Shown here one piece after another: positions 50,801 through 62,959 of a stretch of DNA of 64,000 nucleotides. The notes beneath the pieces are model-generated. The model was given only the letters and a program-made list of their open reading frames with translations. It was not told where the DNA came from and made no database searches. Both the position numbers and the translations under genes were made by a program. The stretch is from Takakia lepidozioides (taxonomy: Eukaryota; Plantae; Bryophyta): positions 50,530,001-50,594,000 of the forward strand of contig CM060733.1 in assembly GCA_030704615.1 (NCBI GenBank). The letters run 5' to 3'. Within the stretch, counting starts at the first letter, position 1. Each line of letters opens with the position of its first letter.

Positions 50801-51322
50801 CCCAAGAGAAGCACCAAGGTGACGAACCATTTGTGATATCCAGCTTCAACTCGACGCTCACAAGATAGAGGCCCAAACACCAAGTGACCAGTTTCTCTCG
50901 ATTGACTCACAACACTCACAGCAACTATGAACAACTTCGAATGTTACTAGGGGAAAACTGTACTTGCATTCACAACCAAAACCTTCTCATGACACACGGA
51001 CAACGAGCTCCAGACAAACCTCTCCTTTGCCACTTTGCCCAAGAACACATGGCTAGATGAAAAATCACGATTCTCACAGCTTCAGCTTCCCCTCACAATT
51101 CGAGCAGGAAACAAAATTGGAACAGCACAGCAGCGTTAGAACAGATAGGAGGAGCGGGGAAAGGCTGACCAAGAGCTGCTTGTCCTGGAAGATGTGCACA
51201 AGACATGGAGCTGCACGGCACGCTACCCAAAGCAGGGGTGTAGCTCCAATGGCTGCCCCCGTCAAGACGGGTCGACCCACCACCCTCAATCGACCCCACT
51301 CCAAGTTCCCTTCCCCCTCCAT
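44826..51322 (-). CDS. FAAP100: FAAP100-like protein (Fanconi anaemia core complex-associated protein 100), about 1222 aa, 9 exons
   Basis: Phase-consistent GT-AG exons: 51170-51322, 50524-50723, 49906-50356, 49173-49437, 47719-48692, 46433-47327, 45939-46117, 45110-45560, 44826-44926. Ordered motifs parallel vertebrate FAAP100 as recalled; see the finding for details. Confidence 0.72.
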
Positions 51323-53121
51323 CGTTCTGCTCACTGCACCATCATCTCTCCCACCATCAGTGTACACTCTTGCGCAAGGATGAGGCCCTTGTATGCAAAC
51401 CAAACTCTTCCTTAAGGCCGCAATTAAGACCTTCCCGCCTTCCCTCTAAGGCAATCCTGCATTCCATCAATCCTTTCCTAGTTTGCTTGCTGTTGGGTTT
51501 TGGGTTTCTTTTGATTCTAGCTTGTGTGTGCTTGTGGTGGACCACATAACTTGTGTGTGGATTTGCAGAAGTGGGTCTTCCAGAGTGTTGATGCACTCTC
51601 CATGCAACTGAGCCACTAACTGTAGCTAACTGTAGCTCCCCACAACAAAAGATTTGGAAGATGACTACATCACATTTCTGTTGTGAGCAGAACAAGTACT
51701 TGGACTGTGGGATTCACAAGAGTTGGGCATGTAGTACTAATTAGTGTGGAAGATATGTGGTCAACTAAAATGCCTGGTTGTCGAACTGGTTTTCTACTCT
51801 TGAAGTGTTAGCCAAGCTATGGGCTGTTCGGCCTGGGTCTTTCACTGCTTGACAAGTTTCTGCTGCAGTACCCCATGCAAATTTCCCAGTTATGTACCAT
51901 GAACATTTGTGTCCACAAGTCTGCCTGATACAGATACTGCATGGTAAGCAGTCTACATGGATTACTGGGTGTGAATGGATGGTTTGGTGCTTCTTAGACC
52001 TGGAGGAGCAAACAAAAATGGGAACAAGTAATCAGACCGGCACTCCATCCATGAGTGGGGCTGCTTGTTGGAGGCATGTCGGAGTTGTTTGGCAGCCCTG
52101 ATATGAAGCAACCAATGTAGGATGGAAGAATCTTTATGGTTTTGTAACTTTGTCTAGATCACAGGAGAGATTCAAGTTTCTAGTCTGGTGGAACTTGAGG
52201 TCCCTGCTGTAGAGTGGTGCAGACTCGAAAGGTGAATCACACTGTACTACTTTGCTTCCTAAGAGAAGCCCTACACCTGTGGAATTCAAAACCATGGGAG
52301 ATTATCAGGTCAGGTATACAACTTTTTTGAAGAAGGCCGCAGCTAGTCTAAGTAGCATGAAAGAAATAGTGTCCTCCAATTAGTACCAACTGCCTCTGCT
52401 AGAAATTGCACATTCCGAAAGGTTCAAGTCACACACCCTACTTCATAGTGTCACAACTTCATAGACGGTAAACAATGAAGAGCTGGGGCATGCAGATCTC
52501 TCAGAGTAAACCTGGCCCATCTTGAAAATCCTCCCCAGATGATTTTGCCAGCAGCCTCAGATAAATGGTCGACCACCCATCCCCAAGCATCCGCACAATT
52601 ACACAGAAGTCTTTAATGATAAAACTCGGTAACCACTCCGCGTATCTGTACCTATCACTATATTAGACGATTCTAAGTCCACATATAATGGCAATCGGAT
52701 CACAAATGATGCCACTCTCTGACACCTTACCCCCTCCTTGGCAAACACATGTGCTCTCAAATTGTGTCAAATTGACGCATGCCAAATGAGGACGTCACCC
52801 TTCTTTGATCTGTACAGACGAATGCAAGCTGACTCCCAACGTCAACCAGTTCAGCTACAGATGGAAGAGCATAATACTCAGGCTTTGGTCAATACTTTTG
52901 CCCCTCAATCAAGGACTAACTAAGCTCAAATCCGAGGCTAATAGACGAGTAGCGTCAAACACTAACCAGCTGGGCAAATAACGAATGGGATGTCGACCTA
53001 AAACTAGGGTTGCCGCGCAGACTTACAGATCTGCTTGGCAGCTGACATGCGCAGTGGAATGGTTGCTGCAGCATGTAGTGCTCCCTAAAACCATGGATGA
53101 CATTGAAACCACAACACGGTT

Positions 53122-53565
53122 TTATCCCTCAGCCAAAGGCTTCAATCTCGTCAGTCGTCTAATCCGATCCTTATCTGTATGCTCCAGCGATCCCTGAGAC
53201 ACAATCTCATCAAGACAAAGGCAAACCCTTCCATACTTCTCCAGGAAGAGGCGCTCACTGGGAGCCTTCTTGCACACATCCTTGACCGAGGATGTGACCG
53301 CGTTGAGCACCTCCATCAACGCAAGCTCATCGTACACCTCCTTCCCCACCGCAAACACACATATATCTCCTATCACCGTGTAAACAACAAACACAGACTT
53401 GTGAGAAGCCACGAATACCTCGTCGTCCCGTGCACTCTTGAGATTCTCCGTTGCCAGCTTCACCAAAAACGACCGCCAGTGCAACCTCTCCTCTGCTGGC
53501 AGACCATGAAATCTCTCCAACAACACATTCCCTCCCCGATTTGCAAACAGCACGCACAGAATCAT
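53122..53565 (-). CDS. LOLITA: TSET/TPLATE complex small longin subunit (LOLITA/TSPOON, sigma-adaptin-like)
   Basis: 147-aa intronless ORF MILCVLFANRGGNVLLERFHG.PAEERLHWRSFLVKL..YDELAL..LFLEKYGRVCLCLDEIV..DRIRRLTRLKP. Confidence 0.88.
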   Translation of the reverse strand: MILCVLFANRGGNVLLERFHGLPAEERLHWRSFLVKLATENLKSARDDEVFVASHKSVFVVYTVIGDICVFAVGKEVYDELALMEVLNAVTSSVKDVCKKAPSERLFLEKYGRVCLCLDEIVSQGSLEHTDKDRIRRLTRLKPLAEG

Positions 53566-53828
53566 GGCTATGGCTGCCCCTCTTCTTCCCTCCCTGCAAA
53601 CCCCAACCCTAAACTGCAAACCCCAACCCCCTCCTCTCTCTCTCTCGCTCTCGCTCTCCCCCTCTCGCACGCGTAAGTCCCCAAAGGCAGCGATCGTCGG
53701 GACCAACGTTCCCAATTCCGGCGAACGACGGACGCAAACGGACGAAAACACAAAAGACGTTTTCTGCCCGGAAGTGCACGTCGACGGGCAGTATTGGCTG
53801 CCCGCAGCCCTATGGCCAGGAAACTGGT

Positions 53829-53865
53829 GATAACCGGTATTCAATGACCGGTCAATACCGGTATC
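53829..53865. promoter_or_regulatory. Triple ACCGGT palindrome in the divergent LOLITA/YIP4 promoter
   Basis: GATAACCGGTATT-CAA-TGACCGGTCA-ATACCGGTATC, with ACCGGT at 53833, 53847 and 53857. Function is inferred only from position. Confidence 0.4.
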
Positions 53866-54450
53866 CCCCCCGAACACCCTTTGTTATCCTCGTTGCTGGA
53901 GAAGCTCAACGCTCGATCGTCTTGTTGCTGGACTCGATTCCTTCGTGTGATGTCTCGTGGTGTTGTTGGTGTGGAGAGGGATTGATTGTCGGTGTGAGGT
54001 TGTCTGAATTTGCAGTGAGAGTTGGTGTGAGGGTGGTTGTGTAAGAGAGTAAGTAGCCGGGGAGTTTTGGATTTGGGAGATCTCGACATTGTGGAGGTTC
54101 TTAAGGTGTGCTGCAATGGTGTATGAAGGAGCATGGAATCATCGCTGGAGAAGTGGTGCTTGAGAGGAGGGGAAGCAGATGTGGACGTGCTTGTTGATCT
54201 TATTAGCACGTTTGTTGCGAGGGATTCATCGTTTTTGTGTGAAAGCTTGACTGGGAATCCGGAAACCCTATGCTGGATCGGTTGTCTCATGTTTGGATCT
54301 ACATTCCGTCTGGTTCGAGCTTGATCAGGCTTGCACGGAAGTTTTGAAGAGATCTGTGGAAGGTAAAGAGATTGGGTGAGTGGCTGTGAGGAGTGATAGA
54401 GGTGCATGCAGCCAGGGTCTAGGAACGCACTGTACGGCATACGGCAGGAC

Positions 54451-55251
54451 ATGTCTCGGGAGGATCTGGTTCCACTGTACTCGTCGTCTCAGTCTGACAT
54501 TGATGAGATCGAGAGCTTGTTCAATCTGAGTGTTCAACCTGCAAAGCTAGAGGTCCCACCGTCGGTTCCGGCAGCGCGGAAGCCTTCAAGTCCCCCGCAT
54601 AAATACTCTATACCAGTTTCATCTGTCCCCCAACCTGCTGCGACTGGATTTAGCAACCATGCCTCGTCGTCAGCAGGGCCCGCCATTGCGGCCGAGTTTG
54701 GCGGGGGGGCTACATATAGCACACTCAACGAGCCTGTCTGGGACACATTGAAAAGAGACATGCTGCGGGTGGTTAACAATGTGAAGAATGTGGTTTTCCC
54801 AAATCCCTTCCGCGAAGATCCAGGCAAAGCACTAAGGGACTGGGATCTCTGGGGCCCCTTCTTTTTCATCATCTTCTTGGCGCTCATACTTTCATATTCT
54901 GCCACATCAAATAGGTCGAAGGTGTTTGCTGTTGTTTTTGCAACGCTGTCAACTGGAGCTGTTGTCCTCACGCTCAACGTTCAGCTTCTGGGCGGCTCGA
55001 TTATCTTCTTCCAGAGCCTCAGTGTCTTGGGCTACTGTCTCTTCCCCCTTGATGTCGGAGCTATTGTGTGCCAGGCCAAAAACAACAAGCTCTTTCGCAG
55101 TCTCGTGGTCCTTATCTCCCTGGCTTGGAGTTCATGGGCCGCATACCCCTTCGTGAGCACATCAGTGCCCGCTAGCCGAAAAGCCCTTGCGGTCTATCCT
55201 GTTTTGCTTCTCTACATCTCAATTGGGTTTCTCGTACTAGCAAACGATTGA
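54451..55251 (+). CDS. YIP4: Yip1-domain Golgi protein (YIP4/YIPF6-like)
   Basis: [69 protein letters not shown], with several TM helices. An upstream in-frame ATG at 54406 is also possible. Confidence 0.92.
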   Translation: MSREDLVPLYSSSQSDIDEIESLFNLSVQPAKLEVPPSVPAARKPSSPPHKYSIPVSSVPQPAATGFSNHASSSAGPAIAAEFGGGATYSTLNEPVWDTLKRDMLRVVNNVKNVVFPNPFREDPGKALRDWDLWGPFFFIIFLALILSYSATSNRSKVFAVVFATLSTGAVVLTLNVQLLGGSIIFFQSLSVLGYCLFPLDVGAIVCQAKNNKLFRSLVVLISLAWSSWAAYPFVSTSVPASRKALAVYPVLLLYISIGFLVLAND

Positions 55252-56881
55252 ACATTGGCTGGTTTTTGGTAAGCAGTTTGGTGAGTTTTTTGGGCACACC
55301 GTTGTAGAATGGACTTTGGCTTTCTATATCTACGTCTCTGCCAGTAGCTCCCTTGTTCTACTCACGATTGAATGGGTCCTGATCACTGGGGTTTGTTTCA
55401 GCCTGCAAGGATCACTGTCCACTCCAAGCCTTGGCAGAATCCAGAGATGGTTTGCATAATTGGGGAGTGATTGCGGATTTATTGGCTTAGTTATCCAACA
55501 ACTCAGTAATCAGGTGGAGATGACAGACAAAGGTAGCTGGGCCTCGGCCTCCGAGATCGGAGGGCAATAGAAGTGGGTGGTGTGGTGTTTTTTGACCTGT
55601 TAAGTAAAGCATATCACTCAACCCGGGAGTTTGTGCTCTTCTTTTGCCTCCACAAGAGCTTATTGTAAATAAGTAAACTCGTGATTAAGAAAATCATTCT
55701 CTACCTCTTTTTGTGGAAAAATGTCTACCCCTTCCTTCCTTGTGTCCCATCTTGGAGTATTTGATGTAGCTGACAATGTTGAACATGTTCAAGTTCTGTG
55801 AATATGGGTACTTGGTTGTTCATAATGGATCTCAATGCTTGTCCTTGGCACATTTTGTCATTCTACCCCACTGAGGATCAGACTCACTGCAGGTACATGC
55901 TGAACATTCTTAGCCACTGTACTCATCCCCAAAATGCCCGTTATGTGGAGAGATCAACCCCGAATCTGGGCCCAACAATTCCTTGTCAAAACAACATGTG
56001 CTGAGGATGTGTATCCTTCTCATAGTTTCGTCTTTGAGGTAGTTCAGAACATCAGAACCCAAAACAAACTGGGGGACAATGTTCTTGATTTGATAAGCCC
56101 ACTGCAAGCTTCCCCTTTCTATAACTACGGAACATTTCACTAATGCTGACTCACATGAATACATGAGGAGAAGGTCATCATAGTAGACCTTGTCATGTGG
56201 TTGTGGTCTCATATCACTCTCTCATACTGTCCATGATCACCAACAAAAATTATGCAAATCCACAAGAAAGCATCACAAGAACCTGTGCGGTGGGTCATTT
56301 CATCTTGACCTCCTGGTCACTTGTGCGAGGCAGGGCCAAATTCTGGTTGAGGCTGTTCCAGTCAAGATCGTCATGTTGCAGAGAGAAGGTGGTGGTGCGG
56401 TCTCGGTACTTCATACTAGTGAACAATCAGCCAAAATATGATTGGGGTCCATATCTAGTTCAGCCTCTGTAAGGTACCGTCAGATGTTTTCTAACTGATT
56501 CAAGCAATCACATTGGCAAGGAAAGCGAAAGTTGCTGCCACTGCACTAAAGATTTTGAAGTGAAGGGTACAGCTATCAGCAATGGCAGGAAAGGGAACAT
56601 TGCTATGCAGAAGTTATGGAATAACAGGCTGACCATCAAGTGGTTTAAGTGTGATCGCCTATAGCACACATATGTTGAATCTACCAGCTCAAGAGGTTTT
56701 GCAAGTATGCTGTAGCATGGTAACAAAAGTGATCTTTATCTTCATTCCAGGTCATTACCGTACAGATTTTATCAGGTTCACCATTTCGGAACCACTCAGC
56801 GACATCAATCAATCTTCTCTGCCTTCAACCCTTTGGCTCTACAATATGGCCCCAACATGAGCCACAGTAGCTCTGGTGCTG

Positions 56882-59725
56882 CTATGTCAAATTCGCCCGC
56901 CGCAAGGTTTCGGCAACGAGTTCATTCCATGTATCAATTGGCCCTGGGTTGCACCAATGAAGGCAGTCAATTATCATAGGTCCTACAAAGCCCTTTGAGA
57001 AGGGATGGTACTGGCGATAAGGCCCTGGATGCCCATCCGCCCTCAGCTGTGCAAGATCGGTCATGTCAAGAATCTTGAGCCGGGTAGCATTGGCCGGGCT
57101 GACCTCTTTTAAAACTTTGCGAATTTCTTCGGATTCAATAACATGCATTACTCTATTCTGCTCAAGTATAGGCACACCACTTGGAACAGTGCGCGGACAT
57201 GACCCCCCTGTGTCCCATTTCCCCTTCTCAAAGTGGTCGGGTGCAAATGTTCGAAAAACAGTAAGCCCTTTGTATCCAGGCAGTGAAATGACCCCCTTCA
57301 GCACAGCGTGTACGACCTTCCTGTAAGAATCATTGAACCCCAATTCTGGCAGAGCCAACCCTGGGCAATAGTGACATCCCAGCACTTTGCCTTGCTCTAC
57401 GTAAACCCCTCTCTTGAAGTACCACTGCCCTGAGGACATTACTACCACATCTACACCTGCCATCGATGATGCCCACCGTTCATCCAAGACATCCAGGTCA
57501 AGATATGTGACAATTTGAGTGCTGTTGTTGACCAACATCGGCTTGTCAGTTTGCCTTACCAGATAGGGAGACCAGTAGCTCGAAAGTGTGAAAGAGTATG
57601 ATGGGAACAGCCAGTGAGTGAACTTGAAGTCGGCAGATCGAAAAGTGTTTATTGGCTTCTCCACCTAAAGTTCCCCAAAAGAACGAGGAGCTGATTAGCT
57701 TGAGGAAAAAACCTGCAAACAGTGTTATAAGCTTCTGAAAGATGACGTATACAGGAAGTCAGGCTCATTTATCTAATGTATTTTCTTGGCAACTGGTTTC
57801 CCAGAACACTGGCCCTCCAGGCCAAGAGCATAATAGACAGTACCTGGGCAAGAATACAAAGCAGTGATTGCCTCTGGTTCCCTGCAATGGAGTCCCCCAC
57901 AAAGGCCACAGTTTTTCCTCTCATTGACTCCAGGAAGGCTCTGCCATCAAGCCGAGGCAGCTCACAATCATTTGGCTTCCATTTCCAGTGCAAATACCCA
58001 CTGTCAGGACGTCCATTCTTCATGCAGTTTTGATCATCTCCAATATACTGGCACATTTCATTCGTGTACAGAGGGGGTTGGGGATCAGGCACCCAGGTCC
58101 CTATGGACAGGTCACATGCTCCTGAAATAGAATGTCAGCGTCAAGTATTTGGAGAGCATGTCGTATCTGAGCAGCAATGGCACACTTGGAAGGGATACCA
58201 CTGCATTGTCTATCCCCTTGACCATAGTCATTGGGCCACCATTCTCAGCACTTTCACCCCCACAGTACATTTCTCATTTCCACTTTCCCCAATTTTTCAG
58301 CTCCACACCACTGCATGAACAGATAAGCTCTAAGGAAATAAAAACCACAATTAAAAGAAGAGAGAATCACAGAGGATCTCACGGACTGTTGATGTGGATG
58401 GACAGGGAGGGTACTGCAGGTAACCTGTGCCAGCCAGAACAGTGACATTCGATCCCTTCGTCTCCAGAAATAAGCTTCCAGCTTCCTTGGTGATGTAAGT
58501 CTCCTTGGTTGTTAAACCTTGAGCTACATGATAGACACGCACATGAGTACTTACAAGCAATAGCTCTCCATCTCTTCTCTCTCCCTCCTGTCTCTGTCTC
58601 TCAGGCACTCTGCCAGCAATTTGGCCACCATCTTGGGCATCTTCCATAGATTTGGCACTCTCATACATTCCATGATGAAAGGGAACAAAACCTATGTTCA
58701 TGCCATTACGTAGTCGAACTTGAGAGATGGCACAAAGAATACGAGCTAAAATAAACAACCCTGATGAGAAACAGAAAAGAGGATAATCAGGGAGGTACTG
58801 ATAGTCTAACCTGTAACAGCGAAATTGGTGACATTGGACCCCTTCATCTTGGAAAACAAGCTGCCAGCTTCCTTGGTGTCGTCAGGTTCTGTGGTGCTTG
58901 GACCTTGAACTACACGACAGTCACACGCATGAGTGTGTACGTTGTCTGCTTTGTTAGATTCTTGTACATGTTCCGAAATTCCTTTCCTTTCTTTCTTTCT
59001 GCCTCCACTCTGCCAATCTGTCAAGCATGCTTTCATCCCATGCACCACAATCTGGGGGAAATGGCAAACGGATGATACAGATGTGAAGGAAGACCTGAAA
59101 ATGGAGGGTGGCTAGCATACTGGCAGAGAGGAGAGAGAGGAGCAAGATTGGGGGAAAATAGAGCAGGCACATGTAGCACTCATGCATGTGATGTCATGTA
59201 CTTCAAGGTTTAAGCATCCAGGAAACTGATGACATCAAGGAAGCTACCAGCTTGTCCCTGAAGACGAAGGGGTCCAATACCATCAACTCTGTGACCACAG
59301 GTTGGATTTTAGCCCCTTCCCTTTCCATATGAGTCTCTAGTCTGTGATCTCCTTACCACACAATTTTTCACGGCTTATTTATCTCGACTGTGCCATCTCT
59401 CTCAAGGGACCAAAATGAGATAATGTAAACCACCGTCACAGCCTAGAGGACAGGTCCAGTGCAATAGTCTCTAGCCTGCAACCGCCAAATCGGTGAGATT
59501 GGATACATTAGCATATGGAAACAAGCTGCCAGCTTCCTTCGTGTCATGACGGACAAATGGCCTCGTATGGAATACGAACGCACGGATCACTGCAACCGGA
59601 AGTACGGCAGCAAGCACACACGCGTAAACCAAGCTTTTAAGTCGGATTACACTTCGTGGCTCGAAAACGGGCTGGACCCGTTGTTGGGAAGAGAGGGTGC
59701 TGAAGTCTTGCGAATCGCCTGCCAT
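56882..59725 (-). CDS. Trichome birefringence-like (TBL/DUF231) polysaccharide O-acetyltransferase
   Basis: Exon 59476-59725 (TM helix), optional 99-nt exons 58811-58909 and 58425-58523, 57844-58121 (CDLSIGTWVPD..NCMKNGRPD..FVGDS), 56882-57664 (RADGHPG..DCLHWCNPGPIDTWN). Confidence 0.88.
59202..59300 (+). repeat. Inverted copy of the 99-nt TBL stem exon within intron 1
   Basis: Reads QGLSIQETDDIKEATSLSLKTKGSNTINSVTT, followed by G|GTTGG on the + strand; the acceptor reads TGTAC where the other copies have TGTAG. Confidence 0.88.
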
Positions 59726-61058
59726 TCTCGACTTCGTGAGCTCACATCAGCTCTACCGTTCTCATATCTTCAAATTCCCTGGGGAGGTTTCAGTTCCAGA
59801 CTAAGAATATTCAAATGGTGCCTGAGCTGAGACACTTTCTGCACGCAGAAAACCAACTGATTTGAGGTGACATAGTAGCACCCTCTCTCTCACCCCCACA
59901 CCCCTCAATTACCCAAATACCAATGTCCCTAGTCTCAGTTGCACTGAGCTTGACAGTGTGGAGTGGCAATATTGTAGTTGTATATGAACACAGTAGGAAG
60001 ACAATATCAGAAATCTGTGACCGTCTCTGAGTTCTATACTCTCACAAATGGAAGAGCTACTTCATCAATGCAACCACAGTCCTCATTTTTTCCTCGATAG
60101 TGGTGAGGGTCTAAAATTTTCCCTGTCTAGTAAGAACTGTAAGGGGGGAAGCCTGAGGTCTCGGTCCTCCTCCCAGTTCTCTTGGCGCCCGCTAGCTCTA
60201 CAACTGCAAATGGCGTCAACCAAACCGCGACCAGTGGCACAGCACCTGAACAGGGCAGCATTCCAAAGGAAATGTTCAACAGAGTATCTACAACTCCACA
60301 CCAAAACAACAAGAGTGTCCTCTGCTCAAAGTACTCTGCTCAACGACGCTATGCTTGTACATTGTGTGTTCTGGACTCTGGACTTCCAAGCTCTGTCACC
60401 CACCTGCCTCTCCTTGCTGGGTTTCAAACTGCAGTTCTGCGAGGGGGCAATGGCACCCAGCCGATTGCACCTGCCTTGTCTTTGTCAGAAAATGAGCAAG
60501 CCAAAGAATTCGCTCTAGGAGACCAAAAAGTCCAGCATTGTTGACAGTCCAGGCGTACTGACTCGACACCACACCTGAGCTGCAAATGCAACAGTCCAGG
60601 AGTTCCGTGGAAGACAGGGACATGAACAGGCCCCTAACAATTATTACTGTGAACGTCAGGGAGTCAGCAGGCTGTAGTTAGGATTAGGTTTAAACAGTTG
60701 TATCAACTTACTCAACCTCGTCATCATTCCAATTCCCTCCCAGCCTATGAGAGCTTCGTCGTCAGGAGAAAGGAAGAGGAAGAGAGCCCGCAAAATGCCA
60801 ACTTCCCTGTCGCTGATGTGGCGTTCTCACATCCTTTCAAAACAAGTGAAAGTGATACATATCCATCTTCTCTCTCTTATCGTCTTGTGCTTGAGCACAG
60901 ACAAACCGTTGAGAAAGTCACGAGACATTTCTGGCAGTCACGAAGGGAGAAAGAGGAGGGAGGAGAGATTGTCTCGACGGGGAGCCACAAGGTGTTGCTC
61001 ATTGCAAGTTTAAGGGGATGGGTGGCCTGCAAGTCCAGTGCAGGAAGGAGGGGAAGGT

Positions 61059-62959
61059 ATGCCAACTATAGACGGAGCTCCAGGGGTAGCAGTTATAGCA
61101 GCAGTACAGGGAGGTGTACCCCCATGGGTTGGCGCGGTTATGACTGTGGGGCTCTTGGCAATGCCCATTGCCCTCCCTCACCTGACTAAGACTGCTCGCA
61201 CGCTGCTGGTACTTCAAAATTTTATATGTGAATGTAGGACGTAGTAGATCGTAGTGTAGTTGATCAATCTGGCAAACCATAGCAAATCTTTCTCTCTCTC
61301 TTGTCGATGCTCTTCACCTCAGAATCTCTTGGAGTTGAATAGAGCTGCTTGTTGAGAGCCCCACATTCTTTGTCCCATCAAGTTTCGTTCTCTCGCTTGT
61401 TGACGTCCACATTCTTTCTTGTATACTGCTTCCCAAGCTTCCGTGGACGTTTCTTTCTTTCATTGGAACATCTTTCTCTCAACCGGCTGACATTCCAGTC
61501 ACGGAGATTTCCAATGCGGAGGATTGTACCTTTCGATCAGAATTGTGACTCTAACTCTGTATCCAATGGAGGATAATTTCCTCCATAAGCCTCCACATAA
61601 TGCATCTCTGATGAGTATGGTTATACCACCAGCGCAACAGAACACTCTGGCATACTCTATTTTGCCAGGTGTTCTCTTTCATGAGTTCGTCATCGGAAGT
61701 TTGTGAGGCCTTCTGTCCCGCTACTCCGCTGCACCTTTCTCTGAATTGTCCGCGGATTCTTACCCGTGATGCTGGGTGTCTCTGTTTGTAGAGGCCTCGC
61801 AAATGTTCGACCTGCCTGGGCGTGGGGAATAACGTATCCTTCTCATCTATTCAATGATGATCAGCTGTTTGAATTTCCATATTTTTCACTCCTTTCTCTT
61901 CTAGTGTTACAAGCAAGACGCTGTACTCCAACATATTGTTCTCTAAATTTGGGTTGAAACTTGGTAGCGCTGTTGCGATTTTGATTGTCACAATTAACTC
62001 GGAAGGATGGTTCCATGCAGCTGTGTGTCATTTGCAAAGGTCGCGGTAAAGAAGGTGTGATTCCCTTTATTGTTCCTGCCTCTATCTTATTTATGTGGAG
62101 GGTGATGATTTAACGAGTAGCGTCTATGAAATCTCTGAGGGATAGTCAGGGGCCATTTTAGATATGGACCATGTGCTGTTCTGGCAGCTCTGCAGGGACA
62201 GAGCAGTGGAGAAAGTGGAAAACGGTAGGGAGTTTAGGTACAACCTCTATGTCTGTAACAATCCATTTTCTCTCTTCAGTTTTTCAAATGCACTCATCTT
62301 GGCATTTGTCGTTATCTGGTGTGTCCAGCATATTAAGAGGTTTGCATTTGTTGTGGGAAAGCCAGAATCCTAGCATGAGAACATTGATATGTCACCGGAC
62401 AGTACGGGAGGACTAATTTTTAACAGGAGCCTGACACATGGTGCCTTGTAGATGCAAACATTTCCACAGAAAACATGGAAGTGCCCAGAACCCTCAGTGT
62501 GAAATCCCAGGAGATACCACAAAAAGTTTGAGTATGTTATGTGTACATGCACTGCCATTGTAAGCAAGTGACTGTGGGGTTCACCCCAGCTTGGTCATGG
62601 TCTTACCCCATCAAATGAGCATGCATGTCCACAGACCTCTTTTCTCTTCTGCCCACCAAAGATACTACCCAGCTTTTATATGCAAAGCTCCTACCATGTC
62701 GATCAAGGGTTGTTCCCTGCTGCTTCTCCCTGATGTACAAAGCAAGATGACTGGCCTAGAGCACAATTTAATTGTCACTAATGCAGCTGTCTTTGGTGGT
62801 ACTGCAGGGGGTTTGTTTACAGGGTACCCACTGCAGAGATGTAGCGTGTGCAAGGGCCGAGGCAGGCAACTGTGTGATCCATGCGTGGGCTCTGGCCTTG
62901 CCAACCACTGGCTCTATACACCTGTAGACAGGGGTGCCTGGGGACCCAGAGGGTCCTAA
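61059..62959 (+). CDS. DnaJ-like (BSD2-type) zinc-finger protein with N-terminal hydrophobic segment; start uncertain
   Basis: Exons 61059-61208, 61792-61833, 62021-62054 and 62808-62959 splice in phase to give four CxxCxGxG motifs (CSTCLGVG, CVICKGRG, CSVCKGRG, CDPCVGSG). Confidence 0.78.

Noticed and set aside
53566-53877. N-terminal extension of the LOLITA ORF in the track
   Set aside because: Crosses a GA repeat and the promoter; the family starts at MILCV (53565).
53841-54452. 203-aa - strand ORF
   Set aside because: Antisense to the YIP4 5' UTR/intron; low complexity.
60048-60544. Overlapping 120-156 aa ORFs between TBL and the zinc-finger gene
   Set aside because: No recognisable motif or splice structure.
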